DNA of 64,000 nt from Octopus vulgaris (lineage: Eukaryota): positions 17,484,001 to 17,548,000 of the forward strand of contig OX597823.1 in NCBI GenBank assembly GCA_951406725.2, in the 5' to 3' direction. The position numbers and the translations under genes were made by a program. This document shows, piece after piece, positions 1-13,134 of the stretch. The notes beneath the pieces are model-generated. The model saw only the letters and a program-made list of their open reading frames with translations. It was not told the origin of the DNA and did no database searches. The stretch's first letter is position 1; each line of letters starts with the position of its first letter.

Positions 1-153
1 CCTCCTCCTCCTCCTCCTCCTTCTTCGTCTTCTTCTTCTTCTTCTTCTTCTCCGTCTCCTTCTTCTTCTTCTTCTTCTTCTTCGTCTTCTTCTTCTTTTC
101 TTCTTCTTCTTCTTCTTCTTCTTCTTCTTCTTCTTCTTCTTCTTCTTCTTCTT
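1..153. repeat. (CTT)n/(CCT)n microsatellite
   Basis: Direct trinucleotide run. Confidence 0.98.
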
Positions 154-296
154 TGACTTATCAAAAACAACAATGGAATCTCTCTCATAACGCGCTACCG
201 TCACAGAAATAAAATGCAAATTAGGTAATATAGCACTGGATGCACTGTAGCAATGAAAACTTCGGGATGGTCAGCAATGGAAGGTGTTTGATTCGT

Positions 297-320
297 ATCA
301 TCATCATCAACAACAACAAG

Positions 321-386
<66 letters not shown>

Positions 387-420
387 CGTGTCGAGGACAA
401 CAATAACAAGAATAACAGCA
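297..420. repeat. (CAT)n/(CAA)n microsatellite
   Basis: Direct trinucleotide run; explains the ORFs at 201-542. Confidence 0.95.
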
Positions 421-851
421 ACCATACAAAATAAGCAAGGATGGAATGCCAGCAAAATATAAAAAAAAAAACTAAGTCGTTGAACTCTTTTGCACGGGAA
501 GTTCATATATTTGCTTTTCAAACAACAGAGAAAGCCACACACTCCCAGCTACGTAACAATTTCGAGCAAAGACCCGAAAGCGGAAGCAGGTGTTTCATTG
601 GAACTATTTAAATCAGTTTGTTGTTGTCACTGTTGTTTAGTGATGGCGGTCACCCTTGATTGAGCAGACTTTTATGATGAAAGGCATTCCTGAATGTTTC
701 TTTGTACCCAAGACTACTGCATTGTTCAGTTGTTCGGCATATCTTTCTTTTTTAAGACTGTAATGTCAGTGATTTGCGAGAATCTATCTACAGTTGTCTG
801 CAAGGGAGCGGTCGCTTATAAAATTCACTCATTGACTCACTCAGTAAAAAA

Positions 852-928
<77 letters not shown>

Positions 929-941
929 GTCTATCTGTCTG

Positions 942-1012
<71 letters not shown>

Positions 1013-1013
1013 G

Positions 1014-1089
<76 letters not shown>

Positions 1090-1109
1090 GCTAGCTAGCT
1101 AGCTAGCTA
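852..1109. repeat. (ATCT)n array converting to (AGCT)n
   Basis: Direct tetranucleotide run; (ATCT)n resumes at 1339-1422 after the SINE. Confidence 0.97.
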
Positions 1110-1337
1110 GGCGGCGAGCTGGCAGAAGCGTTAGCGCGCTGGGCGAAATGCTTAGCGGTATTTCGTCTGTCGTTACGTTCTGAGTTCAAATTCCGCCGAG
1201 GTCGACTTTGCCTTTCATCCTTTCGGGGTCGATAAATTAAGTACCAGTTACGCACTGGGGTTGATGTAATCAACTTAATCCCTTTGTCTGTCCTTGTTTG
1301 TCCCCTCTATGTTTAGCCCCTTGTGGGCAGTAAAGAA

Positions 1338-1338
<1 letters not shown>
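1110..1338 (+). mobile_element. SINE family A, full length (tRNA-like head, conserved core GCCTTTCATCCTTTCGGGGTCGATAAA..AGTACCAG)
   Basis: A-box-like AGCTGGCAGAAG and B-box GAGTTCAAATTCC; about 10 near-identical copies in the window; inserted inside (ATCT)n. Confidence 0.9.
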
Positions 1339-1423
<85 letters not shown>

Positions 1424-1426
1424 TCG

Positions 1427-1465
<39 letters not shown>

Positions 1466-2044
1466 GAAAAAAGATGTTCAGAATGCTGGATGGTTGTAAA
1501 AATAAATATTTATTTACATATCACATATTATTACTTCATATTAGCGCTTTCAACTACTCCTGTAGTTTCATGACATACACAAAGTTTGCTTTGACATACA
1601 CTTACATTGTGATTTCTGCAATGTGGTGCATAAAATGTCAAGTAAATTAGAGGCATCTTTGCCTCCACTGATTCAGTTGCAAAGTGTTGAGTAAAGTTAT
1701 TTGATTGCAGACCTCCTTTCAGTCTTTTTATTATCACTGGGTCACACATAGTCTCCCGATGGTAACATTCATTTCAAGGCCTTCCCAGATGAGTAACTGG
1801 TTATTCAAAGACATTTATAGATTGTAAATTTATTCTGTCCAGTTACGTATCAGTATAGTGGTCATTTGCAAACTCCAGAGGTGACACTTTCATTTCTCCT
1901 TAGCCCTCACATCACACAAAGAAAACTCCGAATGACCCGTCCTTGTTTTATCTTTGAATCGTCTCTTTTTTGCATCACCTACCTGTCTGGGTGTTTTGCG
2001 TTCTTGTCCCATTTTGTATTTTATATATATATATATATATTTAC

Positions 2045-2101
<57 letters not shown>

Positions 2102-2110
2102 TATTTATAT

Positions 2111-2141
<31 letters not shown>

Positions 2142-2428
2142 AGTTAGAGGTTAAGCAACCATCTAAGGGTTAGTAAATATCCAACTACTGGATGTATACC
2201 TACGTATTTATATCCAAGTGCTTACTGTTGCAGGGCAATATCGCAACTGAATACTAGGTAAGTGTGGGGGTAAAGCAGAAGTTTACCCAGGATTTATAAG
2301 GCAAATAAGAAAATGGAGAAGGTAAACAATCGACAAACATTACCCGTTAAACATTCAATTTATATCTATTTATCAATATGTATATATATACATATACATA
2401 CATATATACATACATACACACACACACA

Positions 2429-2485
<57 letters not shown>

Positions 2486-2570
2486 GTATATAATATATCT
2501 ATCGATTTATATATCGATCTTTCTATTTATCTGTATGTAGGTTTGTGTCAAAGAATTACCGGACGTAGTT

Positions 2571-2656
<86 letters not shown>

Positions 2657-3242
2657 TTATAAAGTATGTTGCGACGACATACCTGTCAGCCAATTTTCGT
2701 AAACTGTATCCTAAATTATCTTCTGCAATATCAAAATATTCGAAGAATAGAAACTGAAACATTTTTTATTTTGTAAATTTTAAAACTTTACGTATAATCT
2801 TTAATGAAAGATGTTTGTTTAAATACATAATATTTCGTATGTGCATTGGAAATTTTCCATTATTATATGCATAAAAACATTTCATAATAGTCCTAAAGTA
2901 TTTTTAACATTGTTCAAATTCTATAGGAAGCTTATATTTAGATCAAAAAATATATTTAATTGATTATGATAATCGAATACATCGCAACATTATTGTAATT
3001 CAATGAAAATTGTTATAATTTCCTTAAGAAAAGATATTCAAATGGTAGTCCTCCAATATCGTTGTATTAAAATTTTAAATTAATCTTTTTCTAAGAAAAC
3101 GGTGATGTAATATTTGAAATGGGAAACTTTTCAAATGTCTGTTGGTGTGTATGACATACATACAGACGCATAAACATATTTATACATACGTGCATACATG
3201 CATACATACATACATACATACATACATACATACATACATACA

Positions 3243-3276
<34 letters not shown>

Positions 3277-3284
3277 CATACATA

Positions 3285-3572
3285 CAGGCGACTGGCAAAT
3301 CATTTGAGTTTATTTAGAGATAAAAATGAAAGATTCCAAACATGTCTTAGTAAGTAATCTGGTCTATAAAAGAGAGAAACAAAGACTATACTGCCAATTG
3401 GGAATTAATTTGTGCTGCAAAACCATACAGACCTGGAACTAAAAAGTGTGACCTATGTTTAGAAGAATTTTACCAGATTTTTACACCCAAGGGCAATGTA
3501 ATAAATTCTAGACAGGAACAAGCTTTGAGATGCTTGCACATGAGGAAATTCACATTTGCCCATTATAAATGA
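3285..3572 (+). pseudogene. Penelope-like element, GIY-YIG C-terminal fragment
   Basis: Manual translation across a lesion: RLANHLSLF..TCLSK/IWSIKE..W..AKPYRPGTKKCDLCLEE..INSRQE..CLHMRKF, the T.LS..IW..K / C.LCL.E / N.R.E..C.H pattern of PLE C-termini. Confidence 0.75.
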
Positions 3573-4344
3573 ATAATAAACATATAAACATCAGAATGGT
3601 TTGAAATAATGGACTATACGTGATTATCCAATCAAAACTTTAATTGGAGCTTGTTCGCGTCTAACTTAACGGAAGACTCTGCTTCATACAACGCAGAACA
3701 GATAAACGGAAATCTATAAACAGTTAAATCGAAGGATGTAAAGAAGCGGAAGTAACTGCACCGGTATTATAGTGGGGTTGCAATTGCAACGGTTACTAAT
3801 CAGTGCATTTGAAACATGTGTAGGTCTCCGTAAAGCTGTATATATACAGAGTATATATACAAAATAGAGAGTGAGGTAGAGGAAAAAAAATAGAGGTAAG
3901 ATATGTATGGGTATTGAAGTTGTAAATCCGTTTTATAAGCATAATGGCAATATTCCAATATCCTTTGAGTAAAATCCAAAAGTCCAACTGAGTTTAATAT
4001 GTGTCCTTCCAAGCAATGTAAGATTCCCTTATGAGTGAGATTCAGCAGATTTTTAAACTTGGTCATTCCCAGTAGGGAATTTATATAGTGTTGCAGAGTC
4101 AAAGGTTTGTATTTAAAATGACCTAGAAATAGAGAGTGTATTAGTATGGTTAAATTGAAAACAGGAACAGAGGAATGAAATAAAGAGAAAAAAAGGAAGA
4201 GAAAAAAGAGGAGAGAAACAAAAAATGAAAGAGAAAGGAGGGAGAAGATTAGTAAAAATAACAAAATAATAAAAAAATTAAAAATAAAGAATAAAATCCC
4301 TGAAGATAGGAATAAAGGGAATAAAGAAAAAAGAACACAGAGAC

Positions 4345-4442
<98 letters not shown>

Positions 4443-4447
4443 TTGAA

Positions 4448-4634
4448 ATCTACAGAAAAACGAAAGACGAAGACAGGTGAATAAGCAACAAGCAGGTGTA
4501 TTACTCTGACGCTCGGGAAGGTGAGAAAGTCTTTTACGTTTCGAGCCTACGCTCTTCAACAGAAAGGAACACAAGGAAATAAACAGAGAGAGAATGAAAA
4601 AAACCTGTGGATTTAGTAGTCAATCATGGTGACA

Positions 4635-4635
<1 letters not shown>
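4448..4635 (-). mobile_element. Short non-coding element HH-1 (copy a) with hammerhead-like motif at 4531-4566
   Basis: Homologous to 51680-51832 and 54787-54977; minus strand reads cttt-CTGTTGA-a-gagc-gtag-gctc-GAAA-c-GTA-aaag. Confidence 0.65.
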
Positions 4636-4673
<38 letters not shown>

Positions 4674-4689
4674 ACATATACATACATAC

Positions 4690-4726
<37 letters not shown>

Positions 4727-4729
4727 CAT

Positions 4730-4777
<48 letters not shown>

Positions 4778-4803
4778 ATATATATGTATGTATGTATATG
4801 TAT

Positions 4804-4866
<63 letters not shown>

Positions 4867-5149
4867 CATATGCGTGTGTGAGTTTTAGAGAGAAAAGGCA
4901 GAAACAGAGTGTGTATGTGTGTCGTATGTGTTCGTGCGTATGTACGCGCGCTCTCACCCAAACGCACATACGCGTTAGCGCGTTTTTGATATTTTCTATA
5001 CCACCTATTTGATATTGGATACGTTATATTACGCATACGTTTGTAAAGGGGAAATCGCAGGGTTCACAGGTAATAAATTTTCCTTCGTGAATTTCATTAT
5101 ATAATCTGATACCAAATTTAATTTAATATAATATGGCGGCTGTTATTGT

Positions 5150-5880
5150 TGCTCAGCCCCAGGCCATGTTACTCTCAAAGCAAACCTATGATCAAAAGCG
5201 TTTCAGACATGACCCTTTCGTCTTCTTTGTATACCAGTATGTATTTTCTTATGATGTAGATGCTCCCTCGTTGACTCGTTCCTTAATAGGGTGTTTGTTC
5301 TTATGTTAATGAATTCTAAACGATAAAACAACCGAACTAAAATCATCGTTAACATTTAAATAAAGGACATTTTATATCCGGTGTTATACGCAGGGGAAAT
5401 ACGATCAGCAGCCATGTTCATGGAGGCTTTAAACTTAGGTTGTTGTTGCTGGTGGTGGTTTTGGTTTGTGTCAATGATATTGGTGTAGATGTTGGTGGTG
5501 GTAGAACTATTGTTGTTACTGCTCTTGTTGTTTCTGCAGTTGTTGTTTTGCTGTTGTATTGTTGTGTTTTTGTTTTTTAACATCAAGTTGGCCCTAATAC
5601 AGCAAAAAGCAAACCTATGTTCAAAGACATTCCAACCGAGATTATACTACCCATAAATGTAAATATCGTAAATTCAGGTCTCATTTTTCATTGTATTCTT
5701 TTACAAGACCGTTGGGGAGGACTAGTGGGTGATTTAACCGTTATTTCTAGCTGGTCGTAACCAACAAGTATCGCAGAGACTCCTCCGTTGCCTAGTTAAG
5801 CTAAGCTATATTCTAGGATATATTTCTAGCTGGATGTAGGGAATACATGTCACAGAGGCTCCTTTATTAGCTGATTCAGG
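5150..5880 (+). repeat. Old dispersed repeat family D fragments (ccccagg..agcaaacctatgatcaaag..attcc / gattt..g.tatttctagc)
   Basis: Degenerate similar motifs also at about 645-815, 14150-14360 (-), 14600-14800 (-), 33420-33590 and 48640-48930, often next to (GTT)n. Confidence 0.5.
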
Positions 5881-5897
5881 TAGGGTTAGGTTTAATA

Positions 5898-6032
5898 AAT
5901 GCCCTGAAGCAGTACTAGACAGTGGCTAAAGAAGAAGAAGAAGAAGAAGAAGAAGAAGAAGAAGAAGAAGAAGAAGAAGAAGAAGAAGAAATGCCCAGTG
6001 TCACTTTGATGGCATGCACTGCGCTCTCACTC

Positions 6033-6033
<1 letters not shown>
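5898..6033. mobile_element. Remnants of non-coding element X (its two termini only, split by (GAA)n)
   Basis: aaatgccctgaagcagtactagacagtggct and cccagtgtcactttgatggcatgcactgcgctctcactc match the two ends of the copies at 9861-10418 and 10660-11114. Confidence 0.75.
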
Positions 6034-6065
<32 letters not shown>

Positions 6066-6081
6066 TAATAATAATATTATT

Positions 6082-8453
6082 AGGATGCCTCCTTGGCTAG
6101 TTAATGGGTTAACATTCCTGCTTCCAAAAAGTGAAGAAACAAATGAACCAAAAAACTATAGACCCATAACCTGCTTAACAACTATGTACAAAACACTAAC
6201 ATCTGTCCTGACGGAATATACCTATAGTTTTTTAACAGACAGCAGCATATTCCCTAATGAACAGAAAGGATGTAAACGTGGATCCTACGGCTGTAAAGAC
6301 CAACTACTCATCAATAAGATGATCTTAGAAGATTGTCACAAACGACACAAAAACTTATCAATAGCCTGGATAGACTATAAAAAGGCTTTTGATAGCCTAC
6401 CACATAGCTGGATTAGGAAATGCCTTGAAATGTATAAGATAGCACCAACTCTGCGAAACTTCTTGACTGTAAGTATGAGATCATGGAGAACCACACTAAC
6501 TCTGAACAGTGACAGTGAATCCCTAAATGCTGGTGATGTAAAAATTTCGTGTGGCATTTTCCAGGGTGACTCACTGTCACCACTCCTCTTTTGTTTATCC
6601 TTACTACCTCTCTCAAAGCTGCTCAATGACACGCAGTACGGGTATAAAATGTTTGATAAAAATATAAATCATGTCGTTTACATGGATGATATAAAGCTTT
6701 TTGCAAAAAATGATCAACAACTCAAGGGCTTACTAGCGATAGTCAAACAATTCAGTGACGACATCAGAATGCAATTCAGCCTCGATAAATGTGCAAAGGC
6801 TACCTTTATCAAAGGAAAAATGACAGAAACATCTAACGTTAACCTTGACCAACAGAATGTCATAAAAGAACTAGACCCAGCGGAGAGCTACAAGTACCTA
6901 GGGGTAATTGAAGGGAACGGAATAAGGCATTCAGAGATGAAGGAAAGGATCAGGAGAGAATGCTATCGAAGAGTGAGAGCAATACTCAAGACAGAGCTGA
7001 ATGCAAGAAACAGGATCGAAGCGATCAATACATTAGCTATACCAGTCGTGACTTACAGTTTCAATATTGTTAACTGGTCAATTACTGAAATATGTCAGCT
7101 CGACAGAAAAATAAGGAAACTGTTGACAATGCATAGAATGCACCACCCTAAGGCAGATACAGAACGACTCTATCTGCCAAGAAAAGAGGGAGGCCGTGGT
7201 CTTTTGCAACTGGCAATAACAATGAAGATTGCTACAATTGGCCTAGACACCTACCTGAAAAACTCTGAGGACTGGATGTTAAAACTTGTCTCAAAACATG
7301 AAAACAAGAAAGCATCATACTCAGTCACAAAACAGGCAAAGGAATATCTAAGTGAATTCCGAATACAACCAATTTCGGAATTAGAGATAGATATACAAGA
7401 AACAAGCACAGAAAAAGCTAGGCGCATGAAAACCCGTGCCAAAACTGCGGCCTTAGATATTCTGAATAATAAATGGCAAGAAAAACCTCTCTATGGCAAA
7501 TACCCAAAGAGAGCGAATAATGCAGATATCGACAAAGCCCTGACCCATCAATGGCTAATGGCCTCTGGCTTAAAATCTGAAACAGAGGGGTTTATCATAG
7601 CAGCTCAAGATCAATGCCTACCAACAAGAACCTACCAGGCCAACATATTAAAGATCAGAAGCAGTCCAACGTGTCGTGTATGCAAGCAACAAAATGAAAC
7701 CATTGACCATGTGGTCTCCAAGTGCAGTCTTCTAGCGCCTACAGAGTATCTCAACAGGCACGATAGAGCTGCACAATATATTCACTGGGTAATCTGTAAA
7801 AACCTGGATTTGCCCCATGAAAAAAACTGGTGGGAACACAAACCACCTCCAGTGCTTGAAAATGACCACATCTCACTCCTCTGGAACTTCACCATTCAAA
7901 CTGACAGGAAGATAGATGCAAATAGGCCAGACATCATATTGAAAGACTTCAAACAAAGAACATGCCTCCTCATTGATATGACTGTCCCAATCGATATAAA
8001 CGTATCTGTCAAGACCTACCAAAAACTGAGCAAATATAAAGATCTTGAAATAGAAATCAGCAAAATGTAGAAGCTGAAGACTAAAACAATACCTGTTGTC
8101 ATAGGTGCCCTGGGAATGATAGCAAAAGGGGCTGATAGCTACCTAACTCAGATACCAGGAAACCCAAAAATGGCAGAAGTTCAAAAGATAGTGCTCATGG
8201 GAACTGCTCATATCCTACGCAAAATACTCTCTATGTAATCTCAAGGTTTAAAACAAACATAATTTTCGGTTTAAAAAAAAACAAAACAAAAAAACTTTTT
8301 TTTTAGACATTCATTAGTACATCATCCCCACCCCCAAATATATGGCACACTAGGCATAACAACAACATGAACTTCCAACCCTGTTGTCTCTTGAGGTCTC
8401 TGGGTGAGACTTGGAGCCAACTTGTACAAATATAAAGCAAAAGTCAAACATAG
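6082..8453 (+). mobile_element. 5'-truncated R4/Dong-type non-LTR retrotransposon (family 1): RT, CCHC finger, restriction-like endonuclease
   Basis: ORF 6085-8070 has NYRPI, QKGC, WIDYKKAFDS, GIFQGDSLSP, YMDD, YKYLG, CRVC..ETIDHVVSKC, RHD, RPDI, KLSKY. A premature TAG (likely from TGG) lies at 8068-8070 and the frame continues to 8238. 3'UTR runs into (TAA)n; (TAA)n on both sides. Confidence 0.93.
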
Positions 8454-8471
8454 AATAATAATAATAATAAT

Positions 8472-9780
8472 GGAATATGAGTGAAGTAAAGAATATAGAT
8501 AGGAAAATACGCAAGCTGCTGAGTTGTAATAGGATGCACCACCCAAAGGCAGACGTAGATCGCCTTTACCTTCCCAGAGCCCAAGGAGGTCGAGGCCTGA
8601 TCCAATTTGAACTAGCTTACAAAACAACCACAATTGGACTGGCCAAATATCTCGAAATATCGAATGACTGGATGCTAAAGCTCGTGGAAAATCACGAGAG
8701 ACGAAAGAAGCTTCATTCTATCATAAAGGAAAGCAAAAAATTTGCTATTGATCTCGTGCAGGATACCCAAACTGAACAACCCGAGGGAAGTACGGCAACT
8801 ATTGTTGCAAAGAAGGTGAAAGTGATGGCAATGAAAAAAGCGCACGAGCAATTGGCTGATAGGTGGGAGGAGAAACCTCTGCACGGCAAATATGTGACCC
8901 GCAGCAAACAAGCTGATGTTGACCAGAAGCAAACCCATCAGTGGCTACGGAGCTCAGGGCTAAAAGCAGAGAGCGAAGGTTTCATCCTGGCTGCTCAAGA
9001 TCGAAGCCTATTAACCCGGAACTACCAGGCCAATGTGATGAAAAATGGAGCAGACCCAAAATGCCGATTCTGCAACGACATGATTGAAACAGTGGACCAC
9101 CTAATCTCTGGATGTAAAGTCTTAGCACCAGTGGAGTATAAATTAAGACATGACAGAGTTGGCCAATATCTCCACTGGCTAATAAGTCGGCATTACGATA
9201 TCAAAACTGCCGACAAGTGGTATAATCACCACGCTGAGGCTGTAACTGAAGGAGAAAATGTAACCATTCTGTGGGACTTTCCAGTACATACAGACCGAAC
9301 CATCAAGGCCAATAAACCAGATATTGTTGTGAAAGACCAAAATAATAAAGTTTGCTTATTGATCGACATGAGCATCCCCTGTGATCATAATATCTCAGCG
9401 AAAGAGTTTGACAAGCTCAGAAAATATAAAGACCTACTCATTGAAATTGAGAAAATGTGGCATCTCAAGGCGGTTACAATACCAGTGATCGTAGGAGCAC
9501 TAGGAATGATCAAGAAGGGAACCGAAAATTATATGAGAATGATCCCTGGCTTACCATCCCTGCAAGAAGTGCAAAAGATTGTCTTAACTGGTACATCACA
9601 CGTATTGAGAAGAGCATTGTCGATGTGAGAACTGTTGCTGCTCATGTATTTAAAAAAAAAATGAACGAACTACTGAGTTTGGTTTAATGGCCTACCAATG
9701 TATACTATGAGTTTCTTTGCCCTAGGAGTCGGGACGACACTCGGCAAGAAATGGAAGCAAATTTGAAAGAAGAAAAAAAA

Positions 9781-9781
<1 letters not shown>
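8472..9781 (+). mobile_element. 5'-truncated R4/Dong-type retrotransposon (divergent family 2), RT thumb to RLE
   Basis: ORF 8477-9628 has HHPKADVDRLYLPR..GGRGL, CRFC..ETVDHLISGC, RHD, KPDI, KLRKY; its 3'UTR differs from family 1; (TAA)n on both sides. Confidence 0.92.
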
Positions 9782-9817
<36 letters not shown>

Positions 9818-9860
9818 TAATAATAATAATAATAATAATAATAATTACAATAATAATAAT

Positions 9861-10418
9861 AAAATGTCCTGATGCAGTACTAGACAGTGGCTCTCATGGT
9901 TTCTGATCTTAACTGATTGGAAGTGTTACGTACAATGTTTTGTCTTGGTATAAAAGATGGGCTACAGCAAATATTCTGCTTAATACCACAGATTTGCTTG
10001 TCAGTTGTTTGACCTTAAAACAGTTGACCATATCCTTTAGTGGCTGACGATATGTGCATCTCTGACTACGAGCAGAAGAAGTGGGGGAGCATCATAGCCG
10101 TGTGTTGAGAGGAATTCTTAGAGGTTTGGATAATTCACCTTTGGAAACATGGGTGGTTCACTCAACGTCCTTAAACAATCCCTATTCAAGGACCTTTTGG
10201 GCGAGATGGGTTACTCGACCTGAAGAAAATTCTAACTGGGACCCACCTTCAAGGTCATGCGCTGTTTATCTTGGTATGAGATCACCATGTCGCGCACATA
10301 TGGTTGTAATGCATGTGCCTGGTGAACCCTTATCACACGGGTAGTCGTAATGGGTATACTAGGCTTCGTATATTTTACCCCAGTGTCGCTTTGATGGCAT
10401 GCACTTCTCTCTCACTCA
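9861..10418. mobile_element. Non-coding element X, most complete copy (about 560 bp), between (TAA)n and (GAA)n
   Basis: Collinear with 10660-11114 and with the termini at 5898-6033; no TIR and no recognisable ORF. Confidence 0.8.
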
Positions 10419-10660
10419 AGAAGAAGAAGAAGAAGAAGAAGAAGAAGAAGAAGAAGAAGAAGAAGAAGAAGAAGAAGAAGAAGAAGAAGAAGAAGAAGAA
10501 GAAGAAGAAGAAGAAGAAGAAGAAGAAGAAGAAGAAGAAGAAGAAGAAGAAGAAGAAGAGGAGGAGGAGAAGAAGAAGAAGAAGAAGAAGAAGAAGAAGA
10601 AGAAGAAGAAGAAGAAGAAGAAGAAGAAGAAGAAGAAGAAGAAGAAGAAGAAGAAGAAGA
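10419..10660. repeat. (GAA)n microsatellite, about 240 bp
   Basis: Direct run. Confidence 0.98.
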
Positions 10661-11114
10661 AATGCCATGATGCAGTAGCAGGCAGTGGCTATCGTGGCTT
10701 CTGATCTTAACTGATTGAAAGTGTTATCATGTACATTGTTTTGGTTACAACAAATATTCTGCTCAATACTACAGATTTGCTTGTCAGAAGTGGCTGTGTG
10801 GTAAGTAGCTTGCTTACCAACCACACGATTCCGGGTTCAGTTCCACTGCGTGTCACCTTGGGCAAGTGTCTTCTACTATAGCCTCGGGCCTTTTGAGCGG
10901 GATGGGCTACACGACCTGAAAAAAATTCTAACTGGGCCCCATCTGCAAGGTCATGCGCTATTAATCTTGACATAAGATCAACATGTCGCGCATATGTGGT
11001 TGTGATGCATGTGCCTGGTGTACACTTATCAGACGGGTAGTCGTTATGGGTATATTGGGCTTCGTATAATTGTACCCCTGTGTCACTTTGATGGCATGCA
11101 TTGTTCTCTCACTC
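10660..11114. mobile_element. Element X copy with its middle replaced by a SINE-B head (10788-10890)
   Basis: X sequence to about 10787, then agtggctgtgtggtaagtagc..cctcgggcc, then X resumes at ccttttgagcgggatggg. Confidence 0.78.
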
Positions 11115-11139
11115 AATAATGATAATAGTAATAATAATG

Positions 11140-11206
<67 letters not shown>

Positions 11207-11208
<2 letters not shown>

Positions 11209-11518
11209 GCGAAAGGGGCTGATTGCTACCTAACTCGGATACCAGGAAACCCCAAAATGGCAGAAATTCAAAAGATAGTGCTCATGGGAACTGCTCATAT
11301 CCTACGCAAAATACTCTCTATGTTATCCCAAGGTTTAAAACAAACTTTTTTTTTTAATTTATGTATTAGACACTCACTAGTACAACACCAAAAAAAAACC
11401 CCAAATATATGGCACACTAGGCATAACAACAACGGGAACTTCCAACCTGTTGTCTCTTGAGGTCTCTGGGTGAGACTTGGAGCCAACTTGTATAGACATA
11501 AAGCAAAAGTCAAACATA

Positions 11519-11519
<1 letters not shown>
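11207..11519 (+). mobile_element. Very short 3' fragment of Dong-type family 1 in (TAA)n
   Basis: Closely matches 8118-8453 (GNPKMAEIQKIVLMGTAHILRKILSM plus 3'UTR); long (TAA)n on both sides. Confidence 0.92.
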
Positions 11520-11578
<59 letters not shown>

Positions 11579-11629
11579 GGATTATTACGAAGCTGCATAG
11601 CGTTACCTTTAATTCTTTTTATATATATG

Positions 11630-11997
11630 CAGGGTGATTCAAAAGTCGCCATACATAGGAACAATTTATCGTTTTATAAGAAACAGTTTATAAGCACAGT
11701 TTTTCTTTTATTTAACAATCTCTATATGGTTACCATTGTTTTTAATACACATTGCAATACGTTTACCCAACTCATTGTAAACTCGTAATTGCATATCTGG
11801 TGATACGTGTGCAAATTAGTTGGTGATGTGTTCCTTCAAATCATCTATGACTTTTATCTTTCCACGATGCATCATTCCTTTCAAATGCCCTTAAAGATAG
11901 AAATCAAGAGGGGTCAGATCAGGGAATCTAGGGGATCTTATAAACTTATTTTTAAAAAAATAGTTTTCCTATGTATGGAGACTTTTGAATCAACCTG
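11630..11997. mobile_element. Tc1/mariner-type MITE
   Basis: TIRs CAGGGTGATTCAAAAGTCGCCATACATAGGAA and TTCCTATGTATGGAGACTTTTGAATCAACCTG in a TA-rich context. Confidence 0.8.
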
Positions 11998-12033
11998 TAT
12001 ATATACAGCTTTTTATTCATATTTATTCCTTAA

Positions 12034-12445
12034 GGCGTAAGAGTGGCTGTGTGGTAAGTAGCTTGCTTACCAGCCACATGGTTCCGGGTTCAGTCCCACT
12101 GCGTGGCACCTTGGGCAAGTGTCTTCTGCTATAGCCTCGGGCCGACTAAAGCCTTGTGAGTGGATTTGGTAGACGGAAACTGAAAGAAGCCCGTCGTATA
12201 TATGCATATTTATATGTGTGTGTGTTTGTGTGTCTGTGTTTGACCCCCTGCCATTTCTTGACAACCGATGCTGGTGTGTTTATGTCCCCGTCACTTAGCG
12301 GTTCGACAAAAGGGACCGATAGAATAAGTACTAGGCTTCCAAAGAATAAGTCCCGGGGTAGATTTGCTCGACTAAAGGCGGTGCTCCAGCATGGCCCACA
12401 GTCAAATGACTGAAACAAGCAAAAGAGTAAAAGAGAGTAAAGAGT
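12034..12445 (+). mobile_element. SINE family B, full length (tRNA-like head, CCTTGGGCAAGT core, internal microsatellite, (GTAAAAGA)n tail)
   Basis: A-box TGGCTGTGTGG and B-box GGGTTCAGTCCC; many copies in the window. Confidence 0.9.
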
Positions 12446-13134
12446 ATATGTACACACACACACACACACACACAAATATGTTCTTATGAAATTGTGAACA
12501 TATTGATAATACGACACTCCATTAATACTGATGGTCTAATTTAACACTTCAATTCATTTTGTCATTCAGTGATTGATATAGTTTCTCATCTTTCTATAAG
12601 ATTAGATATATTACTCCTATAAGAGTACGTGCTCGTGTGTGTGTGTGGGCTTGTTTACGCAAGCGCTTCTACTACCACGACCACCAAGACCACCACCAGT
12701 AACACTCCCCCCCTCCCGCCACTTCATAACGGCCACTTTCACAACTACAAACGTCCTTTTATGCTAACGCAGCTTCTTCCATTCACCAACTTTTGTCGTC
12801 ATCGGAAACTTGTATTACGTTTCGTTGGTCGCTACCGAATTTGTACGGCTTTCTGCTTAGCCCGACACTACCTCCGCTGACGCCGCTGCCACCACTACCA
12901 TCACCGCCGCCGCCGTCACCACCACCACCACCACCCCACCACTCATTCATCAAGCCCTCTGACCCACAGACATGCTGTGTCCTCGCTCTTTCTTTTGTCC
13001 CCCCCCCATAACTACTGCAGTAGTCTATTTTCGTCTCGAGCACCCTTGATTTGCTCATGCAATATTATGTGTAAGCTTCCATTCTCTGTGCTAACAACTG
13101 CATCCAGTTCTTCTCCAGATTGTTACCCTGCTAA

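Noticed and set aside
1110-1200. tRNA-like sequences with A and B boxes (also the heads of SINE B and C copies)
   Set aside because: They do not close a proper cloverleaf and continue into repeat bodies, so they are SINE heads rather than tRNA genes.
3740-3830. Possible hammerhead downstream of the PLE fragment (tgcac..gtgca, GAAACATGTGTA)
   Set aside because: No recognisable CUGANGA-like segment or stem I.
5878-5892. Short taggg-ttagg telomere-like motif
   Set aside because: Only about two units; chance level.
8068-8070. In-frame TAG in the Dong ORF as programmed readthrough or an A-to-I recoding site (UAG to UGG)
   Set aside because: The copy is 5'-truncated and family 2 has TGG at this position; a simple G-to-A mutation is sufficient.
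12660-13010. Pro/Thr/Gly-rich ORFs in a GC-rich patch (similar patches at 14080-14580 and 52790-53070)
   Set aside because: Degenerate (CCA/CCG/GGT)n low-complexity DNA with no domain or clear splice structure.
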